Shown piece after piece: positions 25,989 to 35,581 of a stretch of 64,000 bases of DNA. The number at the start of each line of letters is the position of its first letter. Position 1 is the first letter of the stretch. A program made the translations under genes and the position numbers. The notes beneath the pieces are model-generated. The model saw only the letters and a program-made list of their open reading frames with translations. It did no database searches and had not been told where the DNA came from. This stretch comes from a virus (Duplodnaviria; Caudoviricetes), in IMG/VR virus record IMGVR_UViG_3300048861_000079, positions 1 through 64,000 of that record. One strand, 5' to 3'.

Positions 25989-26734
25989 TTCCTCGCAATC
26001 TCGACATTAAGGCGCAGGGCGGGGCTCTGCGCTATTCGCTTCTGACCGATAGCTGGCAGGCTCTCTTCGGCCGCGCCCTGTCGTCTCCGGACTTCGGTCA
26101 CGGCAGCCAGGCGTCCAACGTCATCCGCGAGGCCTATGAGACGGCCCAGATGTATCTCGACCGCGAGACGGATCTGATTGCCGAACTAACGCATCAAGTC
26201 GCTATAGAAGCTCAAGGGCTCGCGTCTCGCAAGATCGCGAACATCGACGCAGATTTGCTCGCGGTCGAAGCCCAGACGCACCTGAGCGAGACACAGCAGT
26301 ATCTTCGCGATGAGATCGTCGCGCAAATTCATCGCGACATCGCAAACGTGCGTCAGTCGCTTCAGCGGGCGGTGCTGGACGTGTCCATGATCGCGCGCAC
26401 CCGAAAGCTGAAGGATCGGGCGGCCGTCGTCGCATGGCGCCTGTCGAACGACGAGACGCTCTCCTTCAACTTCACCGATCGCCGCGCGCACCGCACGCCC
26501 TCTGCCAAGTTCGTTCGTGGGCTCTGGCGCCAGACGATGCTGTCGATCCACAACGAGACCACTCTCTTTACGATCGCCGATCACGGCCTCACCTCGGCCG
26601 GCGTCTTCAAGACGATCGAAGGTGTTGAGGAGCAGGTCGCAACGATCCATCTCGACGGCGACGGCCCGACCTATGGCGAGATTCGCTCGACGCTTTTCCA
26701 CCCGAACTCCAACGCCTATCTGGGAGCCATCTGA
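25985..26734 (+). CDS. Hypothetical virion morphogenesis protein
   Basis: Coupled ORF ending FHPNS. Confidence 0.7.
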   Translation: MIPRNLDIKAQGGALRYSLLTDSWQALFGRALSSPDFGHGSQASNVIREAYETAQMYLDRETDLIAELTHQVAIEAQGLASRKIANIDADLLAVEAQTHLSETQQYLRDEIVAQIHRDIANVRQSLQRAVLDVSMIARTRKLKDRAAVVAWRLSNDETLSFNFTDRRAHRTPSAKFVRGLWRQTMLSIHNETTLFTIADHGLTSAGVFKTIEGVEEQVATIHLDGDGPTYGEIRSTLFHPNSNAYLGAI

Positions 26735-27081
26735 TGTTTCAGCCCAATCTGGTCGGCACGCTGAAGCGACTCACCGGCCGCGACGTCCATTCCCGCGAAA
26801 CCTGGTCGGATCCGATCGACTGCCCGTTTGGTCCGGTCAACCTTGACGTCGGCTCGCAGAAGACGTCCGTGCGTTCTGACAGCTCCGCCTCGCGCGGCGC
26901 CGCCGATGAGATCGCGACAATGAATGCCAAGATCCTGATCGCGCCGTTCGTTCAGGTCGCGATCGGCGACCGGTTCGAATTCGATGGCATGATCTTCAAG
27001 ATCACCACCAAGCACACGCGCCGCTCCGTCACTGGCGTCGTAGACCATTTCGAGTGCGCGATGGAGATCGTGCCGGCATGA
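26734..27081 (+). CDS. Putative head closure protein
   Basis: Size, synteny, IGDRFEFDG motif. Confidence 0.65.
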   Translation: MFQPNLVGTLKRLTGRDVHSRETWSDPIDCPFGPVNLDVGSQKTSVRSDSSASRGAADEIATMNAKILIAPFVQVAIGDRFEFDGMIFKITTKHTRRSVTGVVDHFECAMEIVPA

Positions 27082-27554
27082 GGGGCTCGCTGCGCATCCA
27101 GGGCATGGACAGGGTCCGGATCTCGCTTCGCAACATCGCGGAGAAGGTGCCTGATGGTGCGCGTAAGGTCATGCACAGGGCAGCCGACGACATCGTCAAG
27201 ACCGCCAAGATCATGACGCCGGTCGACCTCGGCAACCTGGAGAACTCGATCAAGATCCTGAAGAGCTACGGCTACCGCGGCCGCCTGCAGATCGACATCG
27301 GCGTCGAACCCTCCGGAGGCGAGGTCAACTACAACGGCAAGCCGATCAACGTGAACGACTATGCCGCGATCATCCATGAGAACTACGAGCAGTATAAGCC
27401 CGGCAAGCGCACACTCGCCAAGCGCGCTCAGTATCCCGGCTACTACATCGGCTCCGGCTTCATGACCCGCGCCGCCGCGCGCGAGGAGCCGCTGCTTAAC
27501 AAGCAGATGATCGACACCATCGAACGCATAATCCTGGAGGAAGACGTCAAGTGA
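27078..27554 (+). CDS. HK97 gp10-like neck/tail completion protein
   Basis: TPVDLGNLENSI and YA..IHE motifs; start ATG 27078. Confidence 0.75.
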   Translation: MRGSLRIQGMDRVRISLRNIAEKVPDGARKVMHRAADDIVKTAKIMTPVDLGNLENSIKILKSYGYRGRLQIDIGVEPSGGEVNYNGKPINVNDYAAIIHENYEQYKPGKRTLAKRAQYPGYYIGSGFMTRAAAREEPLLNKQMIDTIERIILEEDVK

Positions 27555-27967
27555 TCTTCGACATTCTCACCGACAAGCTTGTGACGGCAGGCCTGGTCGT
27601 GGCCGGCCAGTCCCTCTTCTACGAAACCATGCCCGCAGACTGCCAGGTCGGTGTCATGTTCCGCACGCCGCTGACGGGCATCGCGGTCGACCCTTTCATC
27701 GAAGGCTGGCACAAGGTCGATCTTCAGGTCATCACCCGTCACACCGATCCCGTCGAGGGCGAGGCGCTGGCGAACCTGGTCTGCAAGACGCTCCTGGTCG
27801 AAGGCCCGGAATACTACGACGCCACCGCCGAGCGTGGCCCGATCCATATCAACGTCTTCTACCCGCAGACCTATCCGATCCGCTTCCCGCGCCTAGAGGG
27901 CAACGGACTCGAATTCTCGCAGCACTTCAAGGCAGCCTTCGGCATCGTGCCGCCGTGGAAGCAGTAA
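27551..27967 (+). CDS. Putative tail terminator
   Basis: Synteny before tail tube; LQVITRH. Confidence 0.65.
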   Translation: MIFDILTDKLVTAGLVVAGQSLFYETMPADCQVGVMFRTPLTGIAVDPFIEGWHKVDLQVITRHTDPVEGEALANLVCKTLLVEGPEYYDATAERGPIHINVFYPQTYPIRFPRLEGNGLEFSQHFKAAFGIVPPWKQ

Positions 27968-27969
27968 AT

Positions 27970-28063
27970 CCTGAATTCCTGAAATCCGTGTTGTAAGCAT
28001 CTGCTTACTTTTTGGTTGTCAAGGGGATTCCTTTTGCGGTATTGTAAGTAAGTGCTTACTTAC
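27970..28063 (+). promoter_or_regulatory. Tail promoter TTGTCA-18-TATTGT with 8-bp repeats (27970-27985), short operator (27993-28008) and full operator (28044-28063)
   Basis: Direct motif matches. Confidence 0.8.
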
Positions 28064-28107
28064 TTCGTCCGTGGTGGACGAAGATGCCATGAAGGAGAAA
28101 TTCAGGA

Positions 28108-28935
28108 ATGTCGTCCACCGAGAACGTCAAGCTCGGCGTGTGCAGCGTCCTTTTCGACGGCGTAGACCTTGGCTTCACCAAGGGCGGCGTCAGCGTTGAG
28201 GTTGCCACGTCCACAAAGGAAATTACCGTCGACCAGCTGGGTGAAACCCCGATCGGCGAAATCGTCATGGGCCGCACGGTCCAGGCAACGGTTCCGCTCG
28301 CCGAAACCACGCTCGACAACCTGGTCGCCATCATGCCGGGCTCTGAGCTGATCTCCGACGGCGCCAAGGCTACCGGTTCTGTCACGTTCTCGAGCGCTGC
28401 TCCGGTTGACGGTGACAGCATTACGATCGCTGGCACCAAGTTCACGTTCAAGGCTGCTCCTGTCAGCGCAAACGACATCGCTGTCCCGGCAACGATCGCT
28501 GCTGCTGCCACGGCGCTTGCCGCTGCCATCAACGCCTCTTCGATCGGCTTCGTCGCCTCCGCTGCTGGTGCTGTCACCAACATCACCGCCAAGAGCCGTG
28601 GCACCGCCGGCAACGTCGCGATCGCCAAGACGGCCGCGACTGCTGCCAACGTCACCACGACCAACATGACGGGCGGCGTCGATGTTACCAAGGCCAAGGT
28701 CGCTGTCTCGACCGGCGTCAACATCAACCTGCTGTCGCTCGCAAAGACCCTGGTCCTGCGTCCGAAGGGCACGAACGGCGAAGACGACTTCACGATCCTC
28801 CAGGCCATGTGCCCCGGTGCTCTGAACTTCGCCTACCAGTTCGACAACGAGCGCGTCTTCCAGTCGGTCTTCAAGGGCTACGCCCGCGCCGACGGTCAGC
28901 TCTTTGCGGTCGGCGACGTAACCGCAACCGCCTAA
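28108..28935 (+). CDS. Major tail (tube) protein with inserted Ala/Thr-rich domain
   Basis: LGFTKGGV..E...S.KEITVDQLG; position before the chaperones. Confidence 0.85.
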   Translation: MSSTENVKLGVCSVLFDGVDLGFTKGGVSVEVATSTKEITVDQLGETPIGEIVMGRTVQATVPLAETTLDNLVAIMPGSELISDGAKATGSVTFSSAAPVDGDSITIAGTKFTFKAAPVSANDIAVPATIAAAATALAAAINASSIGFVASAAGAVTNITAKSRGTAGNVAIAKTAATAANVTTTNMTGGVDVTKAKVAVSTGVNINLLSLAKTLVLRPKGTNGEDDFTILQAMCPGALNFAYQFDNERVFQSVFKGYARADGQLFAVGDVTATA

Positions 28936-28960
28936 TCGGCGGTCAAAGTTCCCTCCAGCT

Positions 28961-29000
28961 GGCCGGCGTCCCTCCCTCGGGCGTCGGTCTTCTTTTTTTC
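28961..29000 (+). terminator. Terminator after the tail tube gene
   Basis: GC-rich stem GGCCGGCGTCC/GGGCGTCGGTC followed by T-run. Confidence 0.7.
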
Positions 29001-29030
29001 CTCACAACTCTCTGACACGAAAGAGAACCC

Positions 29031-29372
29031 ATGACGAAGATCATCAATTTCGACAGCCTGAAGAAGGAACCGGTCGTCACCATCATCATCGACGGCGAGA
29101 AGCATCCGATGGTCGAGGCAACGGTGGAAACCTTCCTCGAAAACATGAAGGCGATCGAAGATCTCGGGATCAATGCCAGCCCGCGCGCCGAAATCGAAGT
29201 CGGCATCGGCATTATCACCCGCGCCTTCCCTTCGCTGAAGGAAGAGCAGATCCGCCAGTGGACGCTGTCGCAGATCCAGCAGCTCTCGGAAATCGCCCGC
29301 GGCGCCAACGGCGAAGTCGTCACGACCGATGAGAAGGAAGCAGCCTCGGGAAACGCCCCGGCGGCGAGCTAG
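29031..29372 (+). CDS. Tail assembly chaperone (gpG-like)
   Basis: Between tube and TMP; slippery G GGA AAC near the end. Confidence 0.8.
   Translation: MTKIINFDSLKKEPVVTIIIDGEKHPMVEATVETFLENMKAIEDLGINASPRAEIEVGIGIITRAFPSLKEEQIRQWTLSQIQQLSEIARGANGEVVTTDEKEAASGNAPAAS
29348..29354 (+). other. -1 programmed frameshift site G GGA AAC
   Basis: In-frame XXXYYYZ heptamer; -1 frame open into ORF 29405-29716. Confidence 0.8.
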
Positions 29373-29716
29373 TCGAACTCGATTTCGGGTTCCTGTTCGC
29401 CAAGGTGATGCAGACCTACGGCCTCTCCTTTGAGGAGCTCTACGGTCTGACCATCAAGCGTTTCTGGTTCCTCGTGAACCAGGTCGACAGGATCGAGGCG
29501 AATGATCGCCTCAATCAGCTTGAAGTGCTCGCTTCGGCGACTTCCGGTGAGACCTACAAGGCCGCCAGGGAGCGCTACACGCAAACGGTCGGGCAGGTCT
29601 ACGTCTGGAAGCCTGTGGCTCCCGCAGAGATCACGTTCGATCCCAACACCATCGACCCTGAATTCGACAGGGCGGGTCTCCGGGCGCTCAAGGCAAAGTT
29701 GTCCGGCGGCCTCTGA
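29348..29716 (+). CDS. Tail chaperone frameshift extension (gpT-like)
   Basis: -1 frame GKRPGGELVELDFGFLFAKVMQTYG... continuous to stop. Confidence 0.75.
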   Translation, partial: GKRPGGELVELDFGFLFAKVMQTYGLSFEELYGLTIKRFWFLVNQVDRIEANDRLNQLEVLASATSGETYKAARERYTQTVGQVYVWKPVAPAEITFDPNTIDPEFDRAGLRALKAKLSGGL

Positions 29717-29717
29717 C

Positions 29718-29737
29718 GTAAGTAAGTGCTTATTTAG
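29718..29737. promoter_or_regulatory. Operator copy
   Basis: GTAAGTAAGTGCTTATTTAG. Confidence 0.7.
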
Positions 29738-29748
29738 GAAAAGGACGT

Positions 29749-32700
29749 ATGAGCAATATCAGGGTTGAACTTCAGCTTGCCGACGGCTCCTTCACGAGCG
29801 GTATGCTTCGTGCTGGGCAGTCGCTCAACGAGTTCAACCAGCAGCTCATCCGCACCAATCCGCGCCTGGCTGCCCTGGCGGCAGGCTCGGGTTCCATTGT
29901 CACCTCGATCAACCGTGCCGATGGGGCTACCAAGGGCTTCCTCGGCACGCTTCGCGATGTCTCCATCGTCACCGGCCTGGTGTCGATGGGCCTCTCGACC
30001 ATGTCGGGTGTCGCAAACGGCTTCGTCGGCGAGATCGTCAAGGTCAACGCCGAAATGGAACGCCTGCGCTTCATGATGCAGGCGATGAGCACGGCGAAGG
30101 ATCCTTTTGCCGATGCGAACCGCTCTGTCGCGTATCTGCGCGATCAGGCCAAGAACATGCCCTTTGCGATGGGCACGATCACCAATGCATTCGTCAAGCT
30201 GAAGACGACGGGCATGGATCCGATGAACGGATCGCTCACGGCGCTCGCTGACGGTATCTCCGCTTTCGGTGGCGACGATCAGGCTTTCAACCGCGTCACG
30301 GTCGCAATCACTCAGATGGCGGGTAAGTCCGTCATTCAGATGGAAGAACTGCGCCAGCAGCTCGGCGAGCAGATGCCGGCGGCCTTTCAGGTCATGGCGC
30401 GTTCGGCCGGTGTCTCCGTCGCAGAACTGACCAAGGCGATCTCCACCGGCCGCGTCGAGGCAAAGCCGGCGCTGGAAGGCTTCTTCCAGGAGCTTGAGCG
30501 CTCCTATGGCGGCGAAGCCCAGCGCATGATGCAGACCTTCTCCGGCCAGGTCTCGCAGCTTGCCACGAACCTGCAGAACCTTGCGACCAACGAAGGCGGC
30601 CGCGGCTTCTTCGACCAGGTGAAGGCGCAGCTGGTCGACATCAACCAGTTCCTTTCCAGCAATGCCGCCCAGATGTTTGCGACCAGGCTCGGCCAGGGTC
30701 TTTCCCAGGCTGTCGGCTGGATCCGCACGGCGGCTGAGAATGTCTTTGAATTTCGCAACGAGATCCTGAATGTCGGCTCGGCGATCGCGGCTGCATTTGG
30801 CGGTCTGGCGATCATCCGCGGCATTGGATCTTTCGTCAGCGCAGTCGGCTCGCTGCGTGCAGCCCTTGTCGGTGTTGGCGCTCAGTTCCAGGTCGCCGGC
30901 AACGCGCAGGCCTACTACAACCTCGTCACCAATTCGGGCGCACCGGCGCTCGTGCGACTGCGCGCTGCGATGCTGGTCACGACCGAGGCCGCGGCCGGTC
31001 TGACGATGACCCTGACGGCTGTCGCGCCCTGGGTCGCCGCGGTCGGTATCGCCGTCTACACGGCCGGCAACTATTTCGGTTGGTTCACCGACAAGGTCAA
31101 GGAGAACTACGAGACCCTCGAGCAGTATGGCGCACAGACGCGCAAGCAGGCTGCAGACACCATTGCCGCGCGCAAGGCAGAGCTCGAGGCCAATCTTGAA
31201 GTCTTCGAAGCTCAGAAGAAGCAGCAGGAAGACCTTGCCAAGTGGGGCGTCACGACCGCTGACAGCACCGACGTCGAGGAAAACATCAAGAAGGCCAAGG
31301 CTGCCCTCGATGACCTGAACAAGAAGCAGGAAGACATTCTGAACCAGGCTGCGTCCAATGAGGACCAGTCCGAGCTCGCCAAGCTTGATCGCCGGTTGCA
31401 GACCGAAATCGGCATGATCGAGAACAACTACCGCCAGCAGCAGGAAAAGGCGGAGGTTCACTACAACGAGCTCGCCAAGCAGGATGCTGACGCCGGCAAG
31501 GTTGCCGTCAAGACGGAGCAGGATCGCAAGGCGGCCATTCTCGCCATCCAGCAGGAACGCTCCAAGGCGATCCTCGACATCTACCAGAAGGAAGAGGATG
31601 AGCTGAAGAAGCGCCAGCAGACGGCGCTCGGCGACGAACTCACGCGGATCAACACGCTGCTTGGAAACGTGCGGGCGCGCTGGCTGCAGGAAAACGACAA
31701 CCTCAAGAACCTGAAGATGCCGGCCGGCATCCAGTTCGCCAACAAGCCGATCAACGACGCTCAGAACATCAAGCAGGGTCAGACGACCCTCAAGAGCCTC
31801 ACCGACGACATCGCCAAGGTCCAGGCGCAGCTTGGCGGCGCCTCGGGCGCTGCTGCCGAGATGTGGCAGAAGATCAAGAACGGCGATTACGGTCAGATCG
31901 AGGGCGCGACCGAAGAGACCAAGAAGCTCCACGAAGAGCTGATGGCCGCGACGACGCAGAAGGAAGCGCTAGACAAGCTGATGGCCGGCCAGAAGAAGGC
32001 CGAGCAGGATCTCGCCAGCGTCAAGGAAAAGGTTCTCGCCAAGGAATTCGAACTTCGCAAGAAGATGTCCGGCGGCGACAACATGACCGACAGCGAGGAG
32101 TTCCTCCTCAAGCTGCAGGACGGCTTCTACCAGGGCCTCGGCCCGATCGACAACATCCGCGAAGCAATCAGCGGTGTGACGTCCGCGCTCGACCTGACGG
32201 GCACGACGCTGAACACGATCGGCAACGTCACCCGCAACAACACCTTCGGTGATCAGACCGCTCAGAAGATCCAGACGGTCACCGACAAGCTGCGCGAAAT
32301 GTCTGGCGTTCTTGCCGATATCTCTCGCGGCGTCTCGGGCATCGACATGTCGAACATTGGCAAGGGCCTGCCCACCTCGACCGCAGGCTTCTCCGGCGGC
32401 GCCCTGATGGGCATGGCAGGCTTCTCGGGCGTGCCGACCTCCGGCGCCAACCTGATGTCGAAGCACATGGATATCTTCGGGGATCCGCGCACGCCTGGCT
32501 GGGCTGCGCAGAACCTCACCGACGTCGGCATCGACAACGGCATGAAGGTCCAGGTCAACAAGCTCGCCGCGGACGCCTTCAAGGGCTTCCTGAACGAGCT
32601 CCTCGGCCAGGGCTACAACATCAAGTCCCTCGGCGGCTACGCGCTGCGCGACAAGGTCTCGGGCAACGGGATCTCCGAGCATGCCTTTGGCAACGCCATC

Positions 32701-34443
32701 GACATCAATCCGGACCAGAACCCTTACGGCAAGGGCTTCAAGACCGACCTGCCGGCGAACATTCGCGAGCTGGCAGCAAAGTATGGCCTGTCCTGGGGCG
32801 GCGACTGGAAGTCCGTCAAGGACACGATGCACTTCGAATGGCGCGGCGGCAACGCTCCGCAGGGCAGGGTGCCGGCCGCCGACTCCGCGCCTGGCGCCGG
32901 CCAGATGCCGCAGGTTCCCGAGATCCCGCAGTATGACAGCACGGCGACCCAGGAGCGACAGAACCAGCTGCTTCAGGATCGCGTGGCGATGACCGAGAAG
33001 CTGCAGGAGGAGGGCAAGAAGCTCGCCGAGCGCGAAGCCGCGGCTGATGAGGGCATGGATGAGGTCAAGCGCAAGGAAGCGCTCGATACGATCCTGAAGA
33101 AGACCCAGGAGCTCACGACCCAGACCGACAAGCTCGGCAAGACCGAGGAGCGCTACGTCAACGCCATCACGCATGGCGAGCTCGGCCGCTCCAAGGATCC
33201 GAAGGCGAAGGAATACCAGGACATCCTGGCGGCCGCGCGCGAGCAGGACAAGATCGAAGGCCAGCTTAACGACAAGGCCAAGGCTGGCACCGAAGCCGCG
33301 CGCGACCGCAAGAAGCTCGATGAGCAGCGCGCCGAGCTGGTCAAGGAAATCGCCGAGCAGGAGAAGCTTGCCAAGAACCCGGACTACAAGCCGGAAAGCT
33401 CGCAGCTCGCCAACACCCGCAAGCAGCTCGATGACTACGTCCAGTCGATCAAGGATTCGGAAGGCGAGGCAAGCCAGGCCTACAAGGATGCTGTCGACTA
33501 TCGCTCGGCCTATCTCGCACAGACCCAGCAGCGCGATCTCCTGACGCAGCGCGCAGCGATGAACAGCAACACGCGCGACCTGCAGACGAACCTGCTTTCG
33601 CAGTCGCAGATCCGTGCTGTGTCGATGCAGCGCGAACTGGATGAGCTGAACCGCCGCGAAGCGCAGGAACTCGCCGTCACCGGCCAGACCGAAGCGCAGA
33701 AGGCCCAGATCACCGAGGACTACGAGAAGGCCAAGGCTGCGATCCGCGCCAAGTATAACGCCGAAGCCTCGCCGCTGCAGAAGCAGATGACCGAATGGCG
33801 CGATGTTCAGACGGAGCTTGCCCAGGCCTCCACGAAGTGGATGGACTCGCTTGCCGGCGGCATCACCGACCTCATCACCGGCACCGGCGACCTGCGTTCG
33901 GCCATTCAGGGGATCCTGAAGGACATCGTGAACATGGGCGTCAAGTATATGATGGGCTCGTTGATGCAGGGCAAGCAGGGCGGTGCAGGCCGTGCCGGCG
34001 CCAAGGCATCGAAGGGTGGTCAGTCCAAGATTGCAGCCAGCGGCAAGTCGGCCGGCCTCTATCACACCGGCGGCATCGTCGGCATGGGCACTGGCGCGTC
34101 CAAGATCGCCTCGGCCGCTGCCTGGATGAACGCTCCGAAGTTCCACACCGGCGGCATCGTCGGCTCGAGCCTGCTTCCGAACGAAGTGCCGATCATCGCC
34201 AAGAAGGGCGAGGGCGTCTTCACCGAAGACCAGATGAGCGCGATGGGCGGCTTCAGCCAGCAGCAGAACGTCCAGATCAATGCGCCTGTCACGGTCAACG
34301 CCTCCGGCGGCACGCCCGAGCAGAACAACGATCTCGCCCAGAAGATGAGCAAGCAGATGGAAACGACCATGCGCTCTGTCGTCGCCGATGAGCTGCGCAA
34401 GCAGACCCGTCCGGGCAACTACCTGAACCAGAGGAGCCGCTAA
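29749..34443 (+). CDS. Tape measure protein with internal M15-family peptidase domain (about 32540-32845)
   Basis: 1564 aa helical; QMEELRQQLGE tape-measure motif; SEHAFGNAIDIN...WGGDW...DTMHFE. Confidence 0.92.
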   Translation: MSNIRVELQLADGSFTSGMLRAGQSLNEFNQQLIRTNPRLAALAAGSGSIVTSINRADGATKGFLGTLRDVSIVTGLVSMGLSTMSGVANGFVGEIVKVNAEMERLRFMMQAMSTAKDPFADANRSVAYLRDQAKNMPFAMGTITNAFVKLKTTGMDPMNGSLTALADGISAFGGDDQAFNRVTVAITQMAGKSVIQMEELRQQLGEQMPAAFQVMARSAGVSVAELTKAISTGRVEAKPALEGFFQELERSYGGEAQRMMQTFSGQVSQLATNLQNLATNEGGRGFFDQVKAQLVDINQFLSSNAAQMFATRLGQGLSQAVGWIRTAAENVFEFRNEILNVGSAIAAAFGGLAIIRGIGSFVSAVGSLRAALVGVGAQFQVAGNAQAYYNLVTNSGAPALVRLRAAMLVTTEAAAGLTMTLTAVAPWVAAVGIAVYTAGNYFGWFTDKVKENYETLEQYGAQTRKQAADTIAARKAELEANLEVFEAQKKQQEDLAKWGVTTADSTDVEENIKKAKAALDDLNKKQEDILNQAASNEDQSELAKLDRRLQTEIGMIENNYRQQQEKAEVHYNELAKQDADAGKVAVKTEQDRKAAILAIQQERSKAILDIYQKEEDELKKRQQTALGDELTRINTLLGNVRARWLQENDNLKNLKMPAGIQFANKPINDAQNIKQGQTTLKSLTDDIAKVQAQLGGASGAAAEMWQKIKNGDYGQIEGATEETKKLHEELMAATTQKEALDKLMAGQKKAEQDLASVKEKVLAKEFELRKKMSGGDNMTDSEEFLLKLQDGFYQGLGPIDNIREAISGVTSALDLTGTTLNTIGNVTRNNTFGDQTAQKIQTVTDKLREMSGVLADISRGVSGIDMSNIGKGLPTSTAGFSGGALMGMAGFSGVPTSGANLMSKHMDIFGDPRTPGWAAQNLTDVGIDNGMKVQVNKLAADAFKGFLNELLGQGYNIKSLGGYALRDKVSGNGISEHAFGNAIDINPDQNPYGKGFKTDLPANIRELAAKYGLSWGGDWKSVKDTMHFEWRGGNAPQGRVPAADSAPGAGQMPQVPEIPQYDSTATQERQNQLLQDRVAMTEKLQEEGKKLAEREAAADEGMDEVKRKEALDTILKKTQELTTQTDKLGKTEERYVNAITHGELGRSKDPKAKEYQDILAAAREQDKIEGQLNDKAKAGTEAARDRKKLDEQRAELVKEIAEQEKLAKNPDYKPESSQLANTRKQLDDYVQSIKDSEGEASQAYKDAVDYRSAYLAQTQQRDLLTQRAAMNSNTRDLQTNLLSQSQIRAVSMQRELDELNRREAQELAVTGQTEAQKAQITEDYEKAKAAIRAKYNAEASPLQKQMTEWRDVQTELAQASTKWMDSLAGGITDLITGTGDLRSAIQGILKDIVNMGVKYMMGSLMQGKQGGAGRAGAKASKGGQSKIAASGKSAGLYHTGGIVGMGTGASKIASAAAWMNAPKFHTGGIVGSSLLPNEVPIIAKKGEGVFTEDQMSAMGGFSQQQNVQINAPVTVNASGGTPEQNNDLAQKMSKQMETTMRSVVADELRKQTRPGNYLNQRSR

Positions 34444-34796
34444 TGTCCGTCCCGACTTTCGAGCCGCCGGTCGGTCCCTCTCCCGGCACCGCGCACAAGC
34501 CGACCATCAGCCTGAACGAGACCGAGTTCGGCGACGGCTATTCGCAGATCTCGCCGAAGGGGCTGAACCACATCAAGAAGTCCACCACGCTGAAGTGGGA
34601 AGTGCTGACGCTCGACCAGATGCACGAGATCATGGATTTCTTCGAAGAGATGGGCGGCTATCTGCCCTTCTACTATCGACCGTTCGGCGAGCGCCTGGCG
34701 ATCAAGTGGACCTGCAAGGACTTCTCGGCAGATACCCAGGGCGGCATCTGGAGCGTGAGCGCGACCTTCATCCAGTCGTTCTCGAATGCAGAGTAA
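34443..34796 (+). CDS. Distal tail protein (lambda gpM-like)
   Basis: FGDGYSQ..P.GLN motif. Confidence 0.85.
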   Translation: MSVPTFEPPVGPSPGTAHKPTISLNETEFGDGYSQISPKGLNHIKKSTTLKWEVLTLDQMHEIMDFFEEMGGYLPFYYRPFGERLAIKWTCKDFSADTQGGIWSVSATFIQSFSNAE

Positions 34797-34846
34797 GCAT
34801 TTACTTACTTTTTCCTCTTGCTGATAAGTAAGCACTTACTTACAAT
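34793..34846 (+). promoter_or_regulatory. Tandem operators (34793-34808, 34825-34843) with promoter TTGCTG-17-TACAAT
   Basis: Direct motif matches. Confidence 0.8.
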
Positions 34847-34870
34847 GCGGACTCCAACCAAGGGGTCTCG

Positions 34871-35581
34871 ATGTCCAATTTGCAAGCTGAAGGCCAGAGC
34901 CTCTCTCCTTCAGGAATCGTTTCGCTGTTCACCCTCGACGCGACGTCGATGGGTGGGCCGCTGATGCATTTCGTCCAGGGCACGGAGCTTGACCAGGCGG
35001 TCAGCTTCGCAGGGGTCGTCTACAACGCAATCGACGTCCAGTTCGACGGGCTCGAGACCACGGGCACCGGCGCGCTGCCGACGCCGCAGATCCGCATCTC
35101 CAATACTGACGGCCTGGCCCAGGCGCTTATTTCGACCTACGGCGAGCTGCTTGGCTGCACGCTCTTTCGCGTGCGCACCTACACGCGCTTCCTCGACGGC
35201 CAGCCGGACGCGGATCCGGAAGCCTTCTATGGCCCGGACATCTTCCGCTTTGAGCGCAAGACCTCCGAGAACGACGTCTACATCGAGTGGGAGCTCTCCG
35301 CTTCGATCGACCAGGAAGGCAAGCAGCTTCCCGGCCGCACCGTCATCCGCAACACCTGCCTGTGGCGCTACCGCTACTACAACGGCTCCACCGGCCACTA
35401 CGACTATTCCAAGGCGCAGTGCCCTTACACGGGCGCGCAGGCCTACGACATCAACGACCTTCCTGTCTCTGACCCGGCCAAGGACGTGCCCTCGCGCCGC
35501 CTGTCGTGCTGCCGCACGCGCTTTGGCCGCGCCAATCCGCTGCCCTTCGGCGGCTTTCCCGGCGTCCAAAGGATTTCCTGA
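34871..35581 (+). CDS. Tail tip protein L-like
   Basis: LPTPQIRISN; C.WRYR...C.Y.G; C..RFG...LPFGGFPG. Confidence 0.9.
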   Translation: MSNLQAEGQSLSPSGIVSLFTLDATSMGGPLMHFVQGTELDQAVSFAGVVYNAIDVQFDGLETTGTGALPTPQIRISNTDGLAQALISTYGELLGCTLFRVRTYTRFLDGQPDADPEAFYGPDIFRFERKTSENDVYIEWELSASIDQEGKQLPGRTVIRNTCLWRYRYYNGSTGHYDYSKAQCPYTGAQAYDINDLPVSDPAKDVPSRRLSCCRTRFGRANPLPFGGFPGVQRIS

